Positions 30,068 to 39,740 of a stretch of 64,000 nt of DNA are shown here, piece by piece. A program made the translations under genes and the position numbers. Position 1 is the stretch's first letter. Every line of letters begins with the position of its first letter. The stretch comes from an uncultured Methylomirabilota bacterium (GTDB lineage Bacteria; Methylomirabilota; Methylomirabilia; Methylomirabilales; 2-02-FULL-66-22), in NCBI GenBank assembly GCA_963705305.1, contig OY970067.1, positions 1,088,001-1,152,000 on the forward strand, in the 5' to 3' direction. The notes beneath the pieces were generated by a model that was not told where the DNA came from, ran no database searches, and saw only the letters and a list, made by a program, of their open reading frames with translations.

Positions 30068-30817
30068 CTAATGGTAGACCACCCCCGAGTCGAGGACCAG
30101 CACCTGCCCGGTCGTGCTGTCGCTCCGGCAGAACTCCATGATCTGCCGGGCCACGTCGTCTCGCTCCACCGGCCGCTGCAGGGCGGCGCTTTTGGTGGTT
30201 CGCTCGACCAGGCTTGGGTCGAGCCTCGCGGTCATGCGGGTGCCCATCATCGTGCCCGGGGCGACCGCGTTCACGGTCACATCCGGTCCGAGGGCCACCG
30301 CCAGGCAGCGGGTCAAGTGGATGAGCCCCGCCTTCGAGACCGCATAGGCGATGCTGCTGCCGAGCGGCGCCAGGCCGGCGATCGAGGCCACGTTCACGAT
30401 GCGCCCTCGCTTTTGCCGCAGCATGATCGGGGCCACCGCCCTGACGCACAGGAAGGGGGAGGTCAGGTTGGCGAGCAGGAGATGGCTCCAGATGTCCGGG
30501 GTCAGCCCGTCCAGATCCTTGAACGGAACCAGCTGGTTGTAGGCGGCGTTGTTGACCAGGATGTCGATCCGGCCGTACGCCTCCAGCACGCGCTCGACCA
30601 CTCCCGCGATCTGACTCTCCTGGGTGACGTCAGCCTGGATGGCGACGCAACGCGGCCCCAGCGCCGACCACTCCCGGGCGAAACTTTCGGCCTGCTCCTT
30701 GGACTGCACGTAGACCCCGGCCACGTGCGTACCGTTCTCCGCGAACGTCCGGCAGATGCGCTGCCCCAGCCCTCCGGTGCAGCCGGTGACGACGGCGACA
30801 GAGCCCTGGAGCTCCAT
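30068..30817 (-). CDS. SDR family oxidoreductase (paralog of 18572-19321)
   Basis: TGCTGGLG, NNAA, GSSIAYAVSKAGLIHLTR. Confidence 0.88.
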   Translation of the reverse strand: MELQGSVAVVTGCTGGLGQRICRTFAENGTHVAGVYVQSKEQAESFAREWSALGPRCVAIQADVTQESQIAGVVERVLEAYGRIDILVNNAAYNQLVPFKDLDGLTPDIWSHLLLANLTSPFLCVRAVAPIMLRQKRGRIVNVASIAGLAPLGSSIAYAVSKAGLIHLTRCLAVALGPDVTVNAVAPGTMMGTRMTARLDPSLVERTTKSAALQRPVERDDVARQIMEFCRSDSTTGQVLVLDSGVVYH

Positions 30818-31249
30818 GGTTCATGTTCTCCTCGGTAAGGGTTCACCGGCGGGTCCAAAGATCGTTTTGCGGCACAGCCTGGCTGGCCGCCGCACGGCTC
30901 CCCGCGCGGTCCGGTGTGACGCTCGAACCCCCTCGGCGAGGCGGGGGGCCCAGGCGAACGCTACGCCGAGGGGGACGGGATGTCAAGATGCAGGGCCGGC
31001 AGAACGAGGATGGAGACAGGCCTTCGATCCCGTCTCGGTATTCGCCCGTCCGGCTGAAGCGATTTGGGCAGGATCCGGGACGCGTTCCAGCGGGCCGCCC
31101 GCGACAGGATCCCGGCCCGGCGGGGGGCCGGTCAACTCGCGCCCCGAACAGAAGTTCGGCTTGTCAAACTCCGGAGATGCGGTAGGATCGTGCAGGGAGG
31201 CGGGCGGCGGCCGCGACAATTCCTGTTCGAGAGGGAGGGGAAGCCAGAC

Positions 31250-32248
31250 ATGGCTGGGGAATGGACGGCAGAGAAATTGAGCGAGGCGGTGCGGGGATTC
31301 CATCCCGCTTGTGTCGTGATCGCGGCGGCCGAACTGGACGTCTTCACCGCTCTGCACGGGCAGCCCATGGGCGCGGCGGCCCTGGCAGGTCGGCTCCGGA
31401 GCGATCCGCGGGCCACGGCGGTCCTGCTGGACGCCCTGGCGGCCATGGGACTGCTCTCGAAGCGGGACGGGACATATGCGGTGCCCGACCCCGTTGCAGA
31501 GCTGCTCACCGAGTCCGGCAGCCGCTGCATGCTGGGAATGGTCCGCCATATGGGAAACTGCCTGCGCCGCTGGGGACAGCTGGCCAGCGTCACGCGCACC
31601 GGAAGGCCCGTTGAAGGGGAAGTCAGCGTCCGGGGGTCCGCGGAGGATATGGCGTCATTCATCCGGGCAATGCACGAGATCTCCGATCCGGTCGCCCCGG
31701 CGCTGATCCAGAGTCTGGGGCCGCTCGAGTTCACCCATCTCTTGGACCTGGGCGGCGCCTCAGGCACCTGGACGATCCCCTTCTTGCGGCGCTATCCGGC
31801 CGCCCGGGCCACGATCTTCGACCTGCCGGACGTGATCCCCATGGCCAGGGCCACGGTGGCGGCCGCCGGCCTGTCAGATCGTGTCCGGCTGGTGGCGGGG
31901 AGCTTCTACGCGGATAACCTGCCGGCCGGTGCCGACCTGGTCTGGGTGAGTGCGATCGTGCACCAGAACAGCCGGGAGCAAAACCGGTCCATGTTCTGCA
32001 AGATTTTCTCGGCGCTGCGCCCGGGCGGGCGCGCGCTGATCCGCGACTTCGTCATGGAGGAGTCTCGAATCAAACCGCCCGGGGGAGCCTTCTTCGCCGT
32101 CAACATGCTGGTGGCCACGCCTGGCGGCGGGACATTCACGTTCGGCGAGCTGCGGGACGACCTGGGGGCCGCGGGATTCGTCGACGCCACGCTGCTTCGC
32201 CGAGGTGAGGGCATGGACTCGGTGGTCAGCGCGGTCAAGCCCGCGTGA
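31250..32248 (+). CDS. O-methyltransferase (dimerisation + Methyltransf_2)
   Basis: AAAELDVF, LLDLGGASG, FDLPDV, LRPGGR. Confidence 0.85.
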   Translation: MAGEWTAEKLSEAVRGFHPACVVIAAAELDVFTALHGQPMGAAALAGRLRSDPRATAVLLDALAAMGLLSKRDGTYAVPDPVAELLTESGSRCMLGMVRHMGNCLRRWGQLASVTRTGRPVEGEVSVRGSAEDMASFIRAMHEISDPVAPALIQSLGPLEFTHLLDLGGASGTWTIPFLRRYPAARATIFDLPDVIPMARATVAAAGLSDRVRLVAGSFYADNLPAGADLVWVSAIVHQNSREQNRSMFCKIFSALRPGGRALIRDFVMEESRIKPPGGAFFAVNMLVATPGGGTFTFGELRDDLGAAGFVDATLLRRGEGMDSVVSAVKPA

Positions 32249-32351
32249 GATCGCCCGGCGGACGCTGCACCGCCGCCCGGCGCCCGCATGCGGGCGCCCA
32301 CCGCGGCTGCCGCCACGTGCCGTTCCTTTCGCCTTTCGCAGGAGCAGCCGG

Positions 32352-33437
32352 ATGAATGAGACGCTGCCGCGCACCTTCGCCGCCCCCGGGACCTACGTGC
32401 AAGGTCCCGGCGTCCTGGGGGTTGTCGGACCCCATCTCGCCCGTCTGGGGAAACGGGCCGTCGGCGTGGTGGATCCCAACGTCCGGGCGCAGGCCGAGCC
32501 CGTCCTCGCCGCCGCCTGCGCTTCCGAGGGGATCGCCTGGCAGGCCGAGCCGTTCCCCGGCGAGTGCACAGAGGGCGTGGTGGACGGGTTGCTGGCGACG
32601 GCGCGTCCCTGGAAGCCCGAGATGGTCGTCGCCGCCGGGGGCGGCAAGGCGCTGGATACCGGCAAGCTCCTCGCGGAGGCTCTCGGCCTCCCGGCGGTCA
32701 TGATCCCCACCATCGCGGCCACCGACGCGCCCACCAGCCGGGTGGCAGTCCTCTATACCGAGGACCACGCGCAGCTTCGCGTGGTCCGACTCCGGAGCAA
32801 TCCAGCGCTGGTTGTGGTGGATACTTCCATCATCGTCCGGGCGCCGCTTCGCTTCCTCGTGGCGGGGATGGGTGATGCCATCTCGACCTGGCCCGAGGCG
32901 CGGACCTGCGCGGCCACCGGGGGGCGCACTCCCGTGGGGGGCCGCTCCTCCCCTGCGGCGCTGGCCCTTGCCGAGCTCTGCTACCGGACGGTCCTGGCCC
33001 ACGGCCGGCAGGCCCGCGAGGACGCCACGCACGGACGGGTCAGCGAGGCGGTGGAACTGGTGGTGGAGGCGAACACGCTGCTCAGCGGCCTGGGCTTCGA
33101 AAGCGGGGGGCTGGCCGCCGCGCACAGCCTCTACGCCGGTCTCAGCACCCTGCCGGCAGGGGCCCCCTACCTCCACGGGGAAAAGGTGGCTTTCGGCGTG
33201 GTGGCCCAAGCCGTCCTAGAGGACTGGCCCGCCGCCGAGCGAGCCGAGCTACTGGATTTCTACCGCGACGTGGGGCTGCCCGCCACGCTGGCCGCGATCG
33301 GTCTCGGAGACGCCACGGCAGCTGATCTTCGGCAAGCCGCCGGGGTGGCCTGTCGCCCCGGGTCCCACATGCACAACTTGCGGCGGCCGATCAGCGTCGA
33401 AGAGTTGGTCGGCGCCCTGGAGAGCCTCCGCCGCTGA
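32352..33437 (+). CDS. gldA: Glycerol dehydrogenase
   Basis: PGTYVQG, GGGKALDTGK, PTIAATDAPTS, AGMGDA, SGLGFESGGLAAAH, HGEKVAFG. Confidence 0.9.
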   Translation: MNETLPRTFAAPGTYVQGPGVLGVVGPHLARLGKRAVGVVDPNVRAQAEPVLAAACASEGIAWQAEPFPGECTEGVVDGLLATARPWKPEMVVAAGGGKALDTGKLLAEALGLPAVMIPTIAATDAPTSRVAVLYTEDHAQLRVVRLRSNPALVVVDTSIIVRAPLRFLVAGMGDAISTWPEARTCAATGGRTPVGGRSSPAALALAELCYRTVLAHGRQAREDATHGRVSEAVELVVEANTLLSGLGFESGGLAAAHSLYAGLSTLPAGAPYLHGEKVAFGVVAQAVLEDWPAAERAELLDFYRDVGLPATLAAIGLGDATAADLRQAAGVACRPGSHMHNLRRPISVEELVGALESLRR

Positions 33438-33516
33438 TCGGGTTTTCCTGTCGCCGGATTCAGGGCGGCGACGTATGAACCGTCGGCCAGGCGCCACGGC
33501 GCCTCAGGAGATTCCC

Positions 33517-33930
33517 ATGTCCCAGCCAACGATCGTCCGGTTTGACGAGATCCCCGTCGTTCCCCGCGGCAGCGGGGTGGAGACAAAGCCGCTCCTCCTC
33601 GAGGCGACGGGCGCCGAGTCCTTCGTGAGCGGCGTGAGCACTTTCCCGGTTGGATCCGCCCTCCGACTGCACAAACACAACGCCCAGGAAATGGTCGTCC
33701 TCCTGGAAGGGGAGGCTACGGTAGAGGTGAATGAGCAGCGGCACGACCTCGTGCCCTATGACACCACGGTCGTGCCCGCCGGCATGTTCCACCGGTTCAT
33801 CAACCGGGGCCGGACGCCGATGCGCATCTTGTGGGTGTACGGCTCCACCCATGTCACCCGAACGTTCGCCGATACGGGCGAGACGGCAGAGCACCTGTCG
33901 GCGCAGGATAAAGGCGGCGTTCGCCAGTAG
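33517..33930 (+). CDS. Cupin domain protein
   Basis: LHKHNAQE...LEGE, VPAGMFHRFIN; AGGAG RBS. Confidence 0.85.
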   Translation: MSQPTIVRFDEIPVVPRGSGVETKPLLLEATGAESFVSGVSTFPVGSALRLHKHNAQEMVVLLEGEATVEVNEQRHDLVPYDTTVVPAGMFHRFINRGRTPMRILWVYGSTHVTRTFADTGETAEHLSAQDKGGVRQ

Positions 33931-34158
33931 CCGCGGGATCCCTGGAGGAACGTCCGCGCCCTCTCTGCCTCGTCCCTTTGCCTTTCACCTTGACATGGCG
34001 TTAACGGGCGAGTACTTCTTTGTCCCGAGGGGAACGAACGCCGTGAGTTTCTGGCCGGTTCCTGCGGCGTCCACCGGTCGGGTCCCGGCGCGTTCGGCTG
34101 GGCCCCGGAATACCCTCTGCGCATGGCGGGGGGCGCCACACCGAGAGGGGGAGGGATC

Positions 34159-34431
34159 ATGTCAGGTCTTCCGGGGAATCCGCTGGGCTATGCCCGTGAT
34201 ATCGCCGAGGGCAATGCCCCCCTGACGGTCATCCAGCTCAAAAAGTTGACGCCGGAGGAATTGAAGAAGATGTTCCTCAATCTGAACATCGTCCTCCGCG
34301 AGGTCCGCACTGCCACCGTCGTCGAGCACGATATCGACGGGATGCGCCGACGGGCCCACAAGCTCCAGCGGCTCAGCAACGCGGTCCTGCTGCTGGAGAC
34401 CCACGCCAAGAAGCTGCGCGTCCCCCTCTGA
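34159..34431 (+). CDS. Small hypothetical protein
   Basis: GGAGG RBS; 90-aa helical ORF; TTGACA at about 33989 upstream. Confidence 0.6.
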   Translation: MSGLPGNPLGYARDIAEGNAPLTVIQLKKLTPEELKKMFLNLNIVLREVRTATVVEHDIDGMRRRAHKLQRLSNAVLLLETHAKKLRVPL

Positions 34432-34503
34432 GCCCCCCGATCTGGACACCGCCATCGGCGAGCTCCAGGCGCCGGTTTCTCCCGCCGCCGCCCTCCAGAG
34501 AAC

Positions 34504-35193
34504 TCACGCGCGGGGATACCCCACGGTTTGGGCCAGGGTGATCTTCTGATCCGGGCGCAAACCCATGGCGCGCGCGAGGCCGGGCCGGTCGATCGACGCC
34601 CGGACGACCGTCGCCAGGCCCTCCGACGCGCAATACAGATAGACGTTCTGGCTGATGAACCCCGTGTGCGCGGCGGCGTAGAATTCCCGATCCTGCGGAG
34701 CGGCCCGCCCCATCTTTGCCAGATCCGACACGTAGACCAGGGTCACCGGCGCCTCCTTCACGAACGCCTGGCGGCCGGTCAGTGCCCGGATGTCTTCGGC
34801 GAGAATAGGCACCAGCCCGTGCGTCTTGGCATCATAGAGGTGCAGACCGTCGACCGAGGCTAGATAAATATCCGTTTCCTGCGAATTGCTCGCGGACGGT
34901 GCCGTCCGCCCGCCCGACTCCGGACGATTCACACCGAAGCCCGCCCACAGCATGCCGGAGAGAACGGGGAGCGGCAGCCTCTCCGGCCGGAATTCGCGGG
35001 ACGACCGTCGTTCCCTCAGCACCTGCATCAGTGGTCGCCCGCCGGCCATCTGCGGCGGCGGGAGCGAGATTGCTTTGGCGTTCTGAGCCTCGGCGGCCAA
35101 GCCCGCCCGGTCGGCCACGACGAGCGCCGCCCCGACGGCCGCGAACTGCAGAAATGCACGTCGATCAATGCCGGTGGATCGTGGAGAGGACAT
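34504..35193 (-). CDS. Nitroreductase / SagB-ThcOx-family dehydrogenase with Tat signal
   Basis: DRRAFL; RRSSREF, RTAPSASN, ISQNVYL, QTVGYP. Confidence 0.85.
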   Translation of the reverse strand: MSSPRSTGIDRRAFLQFAAVGAALVVADRAGLAAEAQNAKAISLPPPQMAGGRPLMQVLRERRSSREFRPERLPLPVLSGMLWAGFGVNRPESGGRTAPSASNSQETDIYLASVDGLHLYDAKTHGLVPILAEDIRALTGRQAFVKEAPVTLVYVSDLAKMGRAAPQDREFYAAAHTGFISQNVYLYCASEGLATVVRASIDRPGLARAMGLRPDQKITLAQTVGYPRA

Positions 35194-35345
35194 GCCGGGC
35201 CTCCTTTCGGGCTTCTTGCCTACGGACGCACGAGCGACCTGTCGGGATCATCCGGCGCGATAGGCGGGACAGCCGGATCGTGGCACCCGCGCCGCCGGTC
35301 AGGGCATTCTTCGCGCCCTGGCGGTGAGATATCTTCTGAATGGGC

Positions 35346-36174
35346 TCAGTACCACCTGAGATCGGCGGGTGGCGACACGCCCGTGATGTTGGTTCGCAAT
35401 TCCTTCAATCCCTCGATTTGGCCGATGACCGTCGGCAGCGCGTCCACGACCTCCGGCCATCGGGTCTCGCCGGAGATGGTCACGACTCCGTCACGGGCTG
35501 CTACCTTCAGCTCAGCATCTCGGGTCCGATAGTCCACGGCCAGTGCGGCGGCGACCCGGCCCTCCAGTGTAAGATCTTGCATGGCCCGCAGCGAGGCCGC
35601 CGTGGGCCGGAATTCCTCCCGCTCGGTCATTCGGACCACCATGTCGCATCCGGTCTGGAGGCTCATCCGGCTCAGGTTCAGAACCATGTCGTACAGGTAG
35701 GCATCATCCCAATCGACCCCGAACAGGAATCGAGTCCATTCTCGTCGCTCCTTGTCCACCCGCTCGATGGAGGCGATCGCCTCGGGGCCTCCCAAGCCTT
35801 CCCGCTGCATGGCTACCTTGAGGCGAAACCCGAGAATCGGCGATCACCCGGACGCTGATGACGTGAGAGATGCCGTGCAGAAGAAAATGGCCGAGGTGGC
35901 CATGATACACCAGGTTGCCGTCCATGGCCTGCTCGCACAGGGTTGCCCGCACGACCGCCAGATAGGCGGTGCGCTCCCCGATCACCCGTTCCCAGAAAGA
36001 GGGCCGCCGCTCCATGGCTGCGGTGAGATCCTCCCGCGAAACTCCGTACCGTCTGGCGGCCAACTCGAGGTTCTCTTCCCGGCTGAGGCAGCGGTACCCC
36101 AGCCGGTCTGCCACCCCTCTGGCGAGCGCCTCTCCGCTGCTGAAAGTCCCCCGGGAAATGGCGATGATTGACAT
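35346..36174 (-). CDS. Cytidylate-kinase-like protein with C-terminal BON-like domain, apparent +1 frameshift near 35835
   Basis: MSIIAISRGTFSSGE, NLVYHG, VDKERR..W, YDMVLNL, V..RDGVVTISG; removing one T at GCCGATTCTC joins the two ORFs. Confidence 0.78.
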
Positions 36175-36602
36175 CGTGTCCCTCCGCGCAAAGCCAGATT
36201 CGGACCGCCCACAATGCTGCAAGGGCAGGTCACCGGCCTGGAGTCCACTCTGGAGAGACGACCTGCGTCCGAGCTCCCCTGTCCACCCAGACCCGGCAGC
36301 CGCCCTGGCCCCACCGGCCGGCCGAGGAACGGAGGTCTGGGGGGGGCGTCGCGAATCGCCTCGCTGCAAATAAGATGGTGCCTCCGCATGGATGTGTCAA
36401 CGCGATGCGGCACACGAAGAAAGCATCGGACGAAGACGGAGCAGGGCGGTGCCGAATGGATGGTGTCAACCGTTCACGCTAACCGAGGTGTTGGAGGGTG
36501 GAAGTCGAGAGGATGCGTGATATGCCCCCAGGAAGGCGCGGAGGCGCAGCATGGGTCTGAACGCCGCCGAAGGGCGCACACGGCGAGCCTGACAGGCCCC
36601 GG

Positions 36603-37430
36603 CTATGCCGACCACCCGGCGGGCTCGCACGCTCGTTCTGCCGCCTGGTGGCCCGGCAGGGAGGTGTCCCACCGGAGGGCAACCAGCCGTTTTCCGGTCG
36701 TGGAGGCCGACGCGTCCGAAGCCAGCCAGAGCAGGGGGGCTACCATGATTTCCGGGTCCAGCAGCCGCTGCCGCGCCTCCTCGGACAGGCCGTCGGGGAT
36801 CATGCCCGTGTTGGAAGCGCCGCCCGGGAGAAGGGCATTCACCGTGACCCCCGTCCCGGAAAGCTCCTGCGCCCAGATGATGGTCTCGGACTCCAGCGCC
36901 GCCTTGGACGGGCCGTAGGGCGAAAAGCCGACCCGGCGCATGGTTTCATGGTTGATGCTGATGTTGATGATGCGACCCCACCCCTGCCGCAGCATCTGCG
37001 GCACCACCGCCCTGGCCATCAAAAAGGGTCCATTGACGTTGGTGTCAATGATCATACGCCAGATGCCGGGATTCGCCTCCCAGAACCGGGTCGGCTGCGT
37101 CAGGAAGGCGGAGCTGATATACCGCATACCGCGCCCGGCGTTGTTGACAAGGATGTGGATCGCGCCGAAGCTCGCCATCGCCTCGTCCGCCACGGCGCGG
37201 CAATCCGACTCCCGGGCGACATCCGCCAGCAGCGGCCTGGCGCGTCCGTCCCCGGCCAGCCGATTGGCATCGTCGGCCGCCTGACGGATCTGGGCCACGC
37301 TCTCTGCGGCGGTCGCCACCACCCGTGCCCCCGCCCGCGCCAGCCCCATCACCATCGCTCGCCCCAGGCCGCGTCCGCCGCCCGTCACGATGGCCACTCT
37401 GCCCGAGAGTCCCGGCGCCTGTCCTGTCAT
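36603..37430 (-). CDS. SDR family oxidoreductase
   Basis: TGGGRGLG, LVNNAG, YGPSK, VNALLPGG. Confidence 0.88.
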   Translation of the reverse strand: MTGQAPGLSGRVAIVTGGGRGLGRAMVMGLARAGARVVATAAESVAQIRQAADDANRLAGDGRARPLLADVARESDCRAVADEAMASFGAIHILVNNAGRGMRYISSAFLTQPTRFWEANPGIWRMIIDTNVNGPFLMARAVVPQMLRQGWGRIINISINHETMRRVGFSPYGPSKAALESETIIWAQELSGTGVTVNALLPGGASNTGMIPDGLSEEARQRLLDPEIMVAPLLWLASDASASTTGKRLVALRWDTSLPGHQAAERACEPAGWSA

Positions 37431-37450
37431 TCTCTCGCCCTCCAGAGCCC

Positions 37451-37648
37451 CTAAAAGGGTAATGAAAAACTCGTTTTCGCTCAGGCTGCTCAAAAAGGTC
37501 CAGCTGCAAGGCGGCCCGCAAAGCGCGGGGCACCCGCCACGGGCGGGTCAAGGCGTACTTCCGGTACGCCGCAGCGAGTGCCCGAGTGGGCGGGGTACCC
37601 ATCCGAAGGATGGGCACCCATCAGATGGGTACCCGGCAGATGGGCCTT
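37451..37648 (+). repeat. MITE-like dispersed repeat, copy B (left part, interrupted by the intron)
   Basis: CAGGCTGCTCAAAAAGG...CAGATGGGTACCCGGCAGATGGGCCTT, matching copy C up to the insertion point. Confidence 0.85.
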
Positions 37649-39628
37649 GTAGAGTCAAAGTGGAGCGCGGTCCTGCGCTCGCCCTCGAATCGGTCGCCGC
37701 ACGCGGCTACTGGAGACCACGACGAAGCACCAGACCGTTTCCCCACTCTGCTCATCGAACCGTGCGTGCGGTATTCCCGCACACGGCTCTCGGACGGGTT
37801 TCACACCCCGGCATGCGCAGGCGGCGCCAGACGGACACCGCGCAGCGAGAACACCCCCAGCTCGCCAAACACCCGAGCGAGGCGGAACCGCCGCGTCCCT
37901 CGCGAGGGGACCTTGTGCCGACGCCGCAGGAAGTCGCGCACGCGCTCATAGACGTAGTGGTCCACCGCGCGGTAGGCCAGCCAGCGCGTCCCGTAGGAGA
38001 AGTAGTGGGCCCAGCCCCGGAGCACGGAGTTGAGATCGACCACGATCATCTCCCAGGGCGCCTGGTTGCCCGGCCGGAGGATTCCCCGGATGCGCCCCTT
38101 GACCCGCTGCACCGCCTTCTTGGCGGGCGCGGCCCCCAGGTACCCATGCCCATCCTTCCGGTAGTGCAGCGGCCCGAAGGTGTAGCCCAGGAAGGTGAAC
38201 GGCTCGCGCCGCCCGTCGACCACCCGGGTCTTCTGCTCGTTGAGCGTCAGCCCCATCTGGGTGAACCAGCGGCGCGTCTGCGCGAGGACCTCGGCTGCCC
38301 CATGCTGGCACAGGATCACGAAGTCATCCGCGTAGGAGATGAGCCGCGCCCCGTACCGCCGGTCGAGCCCCCGCAGGCGAAAGACTTTCAGGAAGCGGTT
38401 CATGTAGAGGTTGGCGAGCAGCGGCGAGACACATCCGCCTTGCGGCGTGCCCCGCGTGCTCCGCTTCCCCCCGCTGAACCGCCACCCGCCGCCGTCGGCC
38501 CGCTCCGCCACTGGCGCCTTGAGCCACCGCTTGAGCAGCCGGAGCAGCCGGCGATCGCTCAGGCGGCGGGCCAGCGGTTGCATGAGGTCGGCGTGTGGAA
38601 TCGAGTCGAAGTAGCCCGATACGTCGGCGTCAATCACCGCGGAGTGCCCGGCGCACAGCTCCCGGTGCACTGCCTGGACGGCCTGCAAGGCCGTGCGCCC
38701 CGGCCGATAGCCATAGGCCGTGGGTGCCAGGTCCACCTCGAAGATCGGTTGCAGGATCAGCAGCGCGGCGGTTTGGACCACCCGGTCTCGGATGACAGGA
38801 ATCCCGAGCGGCCGCTCCCCGACCCCGCCCGGCTTGGGAATGCGCACCCGCCGCACCGGTTGCGGCCGATACGTCTCGGTACGCAGCGCCTCCTGCACTG
38901 CGGCCAGCCATGGCTCCACCCCTGCCGCCTCGATGTCCGCGAAGGTCACCCCGTCCACGCCCGGCGCGCCCCCGTGCTGCTTGCTCAGGGCGTAGGCATG
39001 GGCCAGGACGTCCAGGCGGTACACCTTGTCGTACAGGAGGTAGAAGCGGTAGGCCGGCTCCTGCTTGGCCTTGATGTAGAGCGCCTCTTGGAGCCGCCGG
39101 AGCTTTGTTGGAGTTGCCAGGCTCACGCCAATCTCCCACCCCTTGACTCGGTGCGACGCACCCCGAACCAGGGTCCCTTCCCTCCCCACCGGTTGTGTTG
39201 TCCGATGGGTACCCGCGGTACTGTGGACCCCTCCGACGCCCAGAGCCGCCCCCACCCCAACGATGGGGCGAGGGGCGCGACCCCTCGCGGCGTTGGGCCT
39301 CCCGTGTTGCGCTCTGCTCTCTGCCGACGTGCCACGCCCCATACCCCGGTGAGGGACTCCGTCGTCATCGGTCGGTTGCTCCTACGGAGCCGGCGGTCTT
39401 CCCTGACTGAAAAGCAGGTCGACCCTCACGACAGCACTTTCGAGGCTTGCCCAGGCTTCACGCATGTTGCGGCCCGTCCGCTTGCGGACCCACCCACGGT
39501 GGGCCCCTGTCCCGAGGGCTTCGGCCAGTCGGTTACCCTCCTTGCCGCCTCGGTAGCTACTGGGGTGTACCGACAACTCCCCAGGCCGGACTTGCACCGG
39601 CAAGAGCAAAGCGCCTTTCACGGCGCGC
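37649..39628 (-). mobile_element. Complete group II intron (1,980 nt, IIB-type bacterial class, endonuclease-less)
   Basis: 5' GCGCGCCGTGAAAGGCGC; domain V GAGCCGTGTGCGGGAATACCGCACGCACGGTTC (37789-37757); domain VI with bulged A (37655); 3' end ...GACTCTAC; flanks rejoin to GGGCCTTTTTCAGCAGCC. Confidence 0.93.
37801..39126 (-). CDS. ltrA: Group II intron reverse transcriptase/maturase
   Basis: RFYLLYDKV, APGVDG, RRVRIPKPGG..ERPLGIP..RDRVVQ, GTPQGG..SPLLANLYM, YADDF, X domain (LRGWAHYF); no HNH domain; GTG start inferred. Confidence 0.93.
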   Translation of the reverse strand: MSLATPTKLRRLQEALYIKAKQEPAYRFYLLYDKVYRLDVLAHAYALSKQHGGAPGVDGVTFADIEAAGVEPWLAAVQEALRTETYRPQPVRRVRIPKPGGVGERPLGIPVIRDRVVQTAALLILQPIFEVDLAPTAYGYRPGRTALQAVQAVHRELCAGHSAVIDADVSGYFDSIPHADLMQPLARRLSDRRLLRLLKRWLKAPVAERADGGGWRFSGGKRSTRGTPQGGCVSPLLANLYMNRFLKVFRLRGLDRRYGARLISYADDFVILCQHGAAEVLAQTRRWFTQMGLTLNEQKTRVVDGRREPFTFLGYTFGPLHYRKDGHGYLGAAPAKKAVQRVKGRIRGILRPGNQAPWEMIVVDLNSVLRGWAHYFSYGTRWLAYRAVDHYVYERVRDFLRRRHKVPSRGTRRFRLARVFGELGVFSLRGVRLAPPAHAGV

Positions 39629-39644
39629 TTTCAGCAGCCTGCTA
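39629..39644 (+). repeat. MITE-like repeat copy B, right terminus (5' exon of the intron)
   Basis: TTTCAGCAGCCTGCTA, identical to the end of copy C. Confidence 0.85.
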
Positions 39645-39740
39645 AGCGCGCGGGGCGCCTCGGCCGCCCCCTCGCCGGTCCCCGGCACGGCGGGGCCGCT
39701 GGCAGGGGGGCGTAAATTGCAGAAGGTGTCAGCGCACCCT

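Noticed and set aside
36360..36390. Possible sigma54 promoter (minus strand AGGCAC...TTGCA)
   Set aside because: GG-to-GC spacing is 13 nt rather than the required 10.
37801..39126. RT as retron, DGR or CRISPR-associated RT
   Set aside because: It has a maturase X domain and lies within a full intron RNA with domains V/VI and precise exon junctions; no TR/VR pair or msr-msd seen.
37390..39645. 751-aa + strand ORF spanning the intron
   Set aside because: Antisense shadow of the RT gene and GC-rich repeat; no recognisable motifs.
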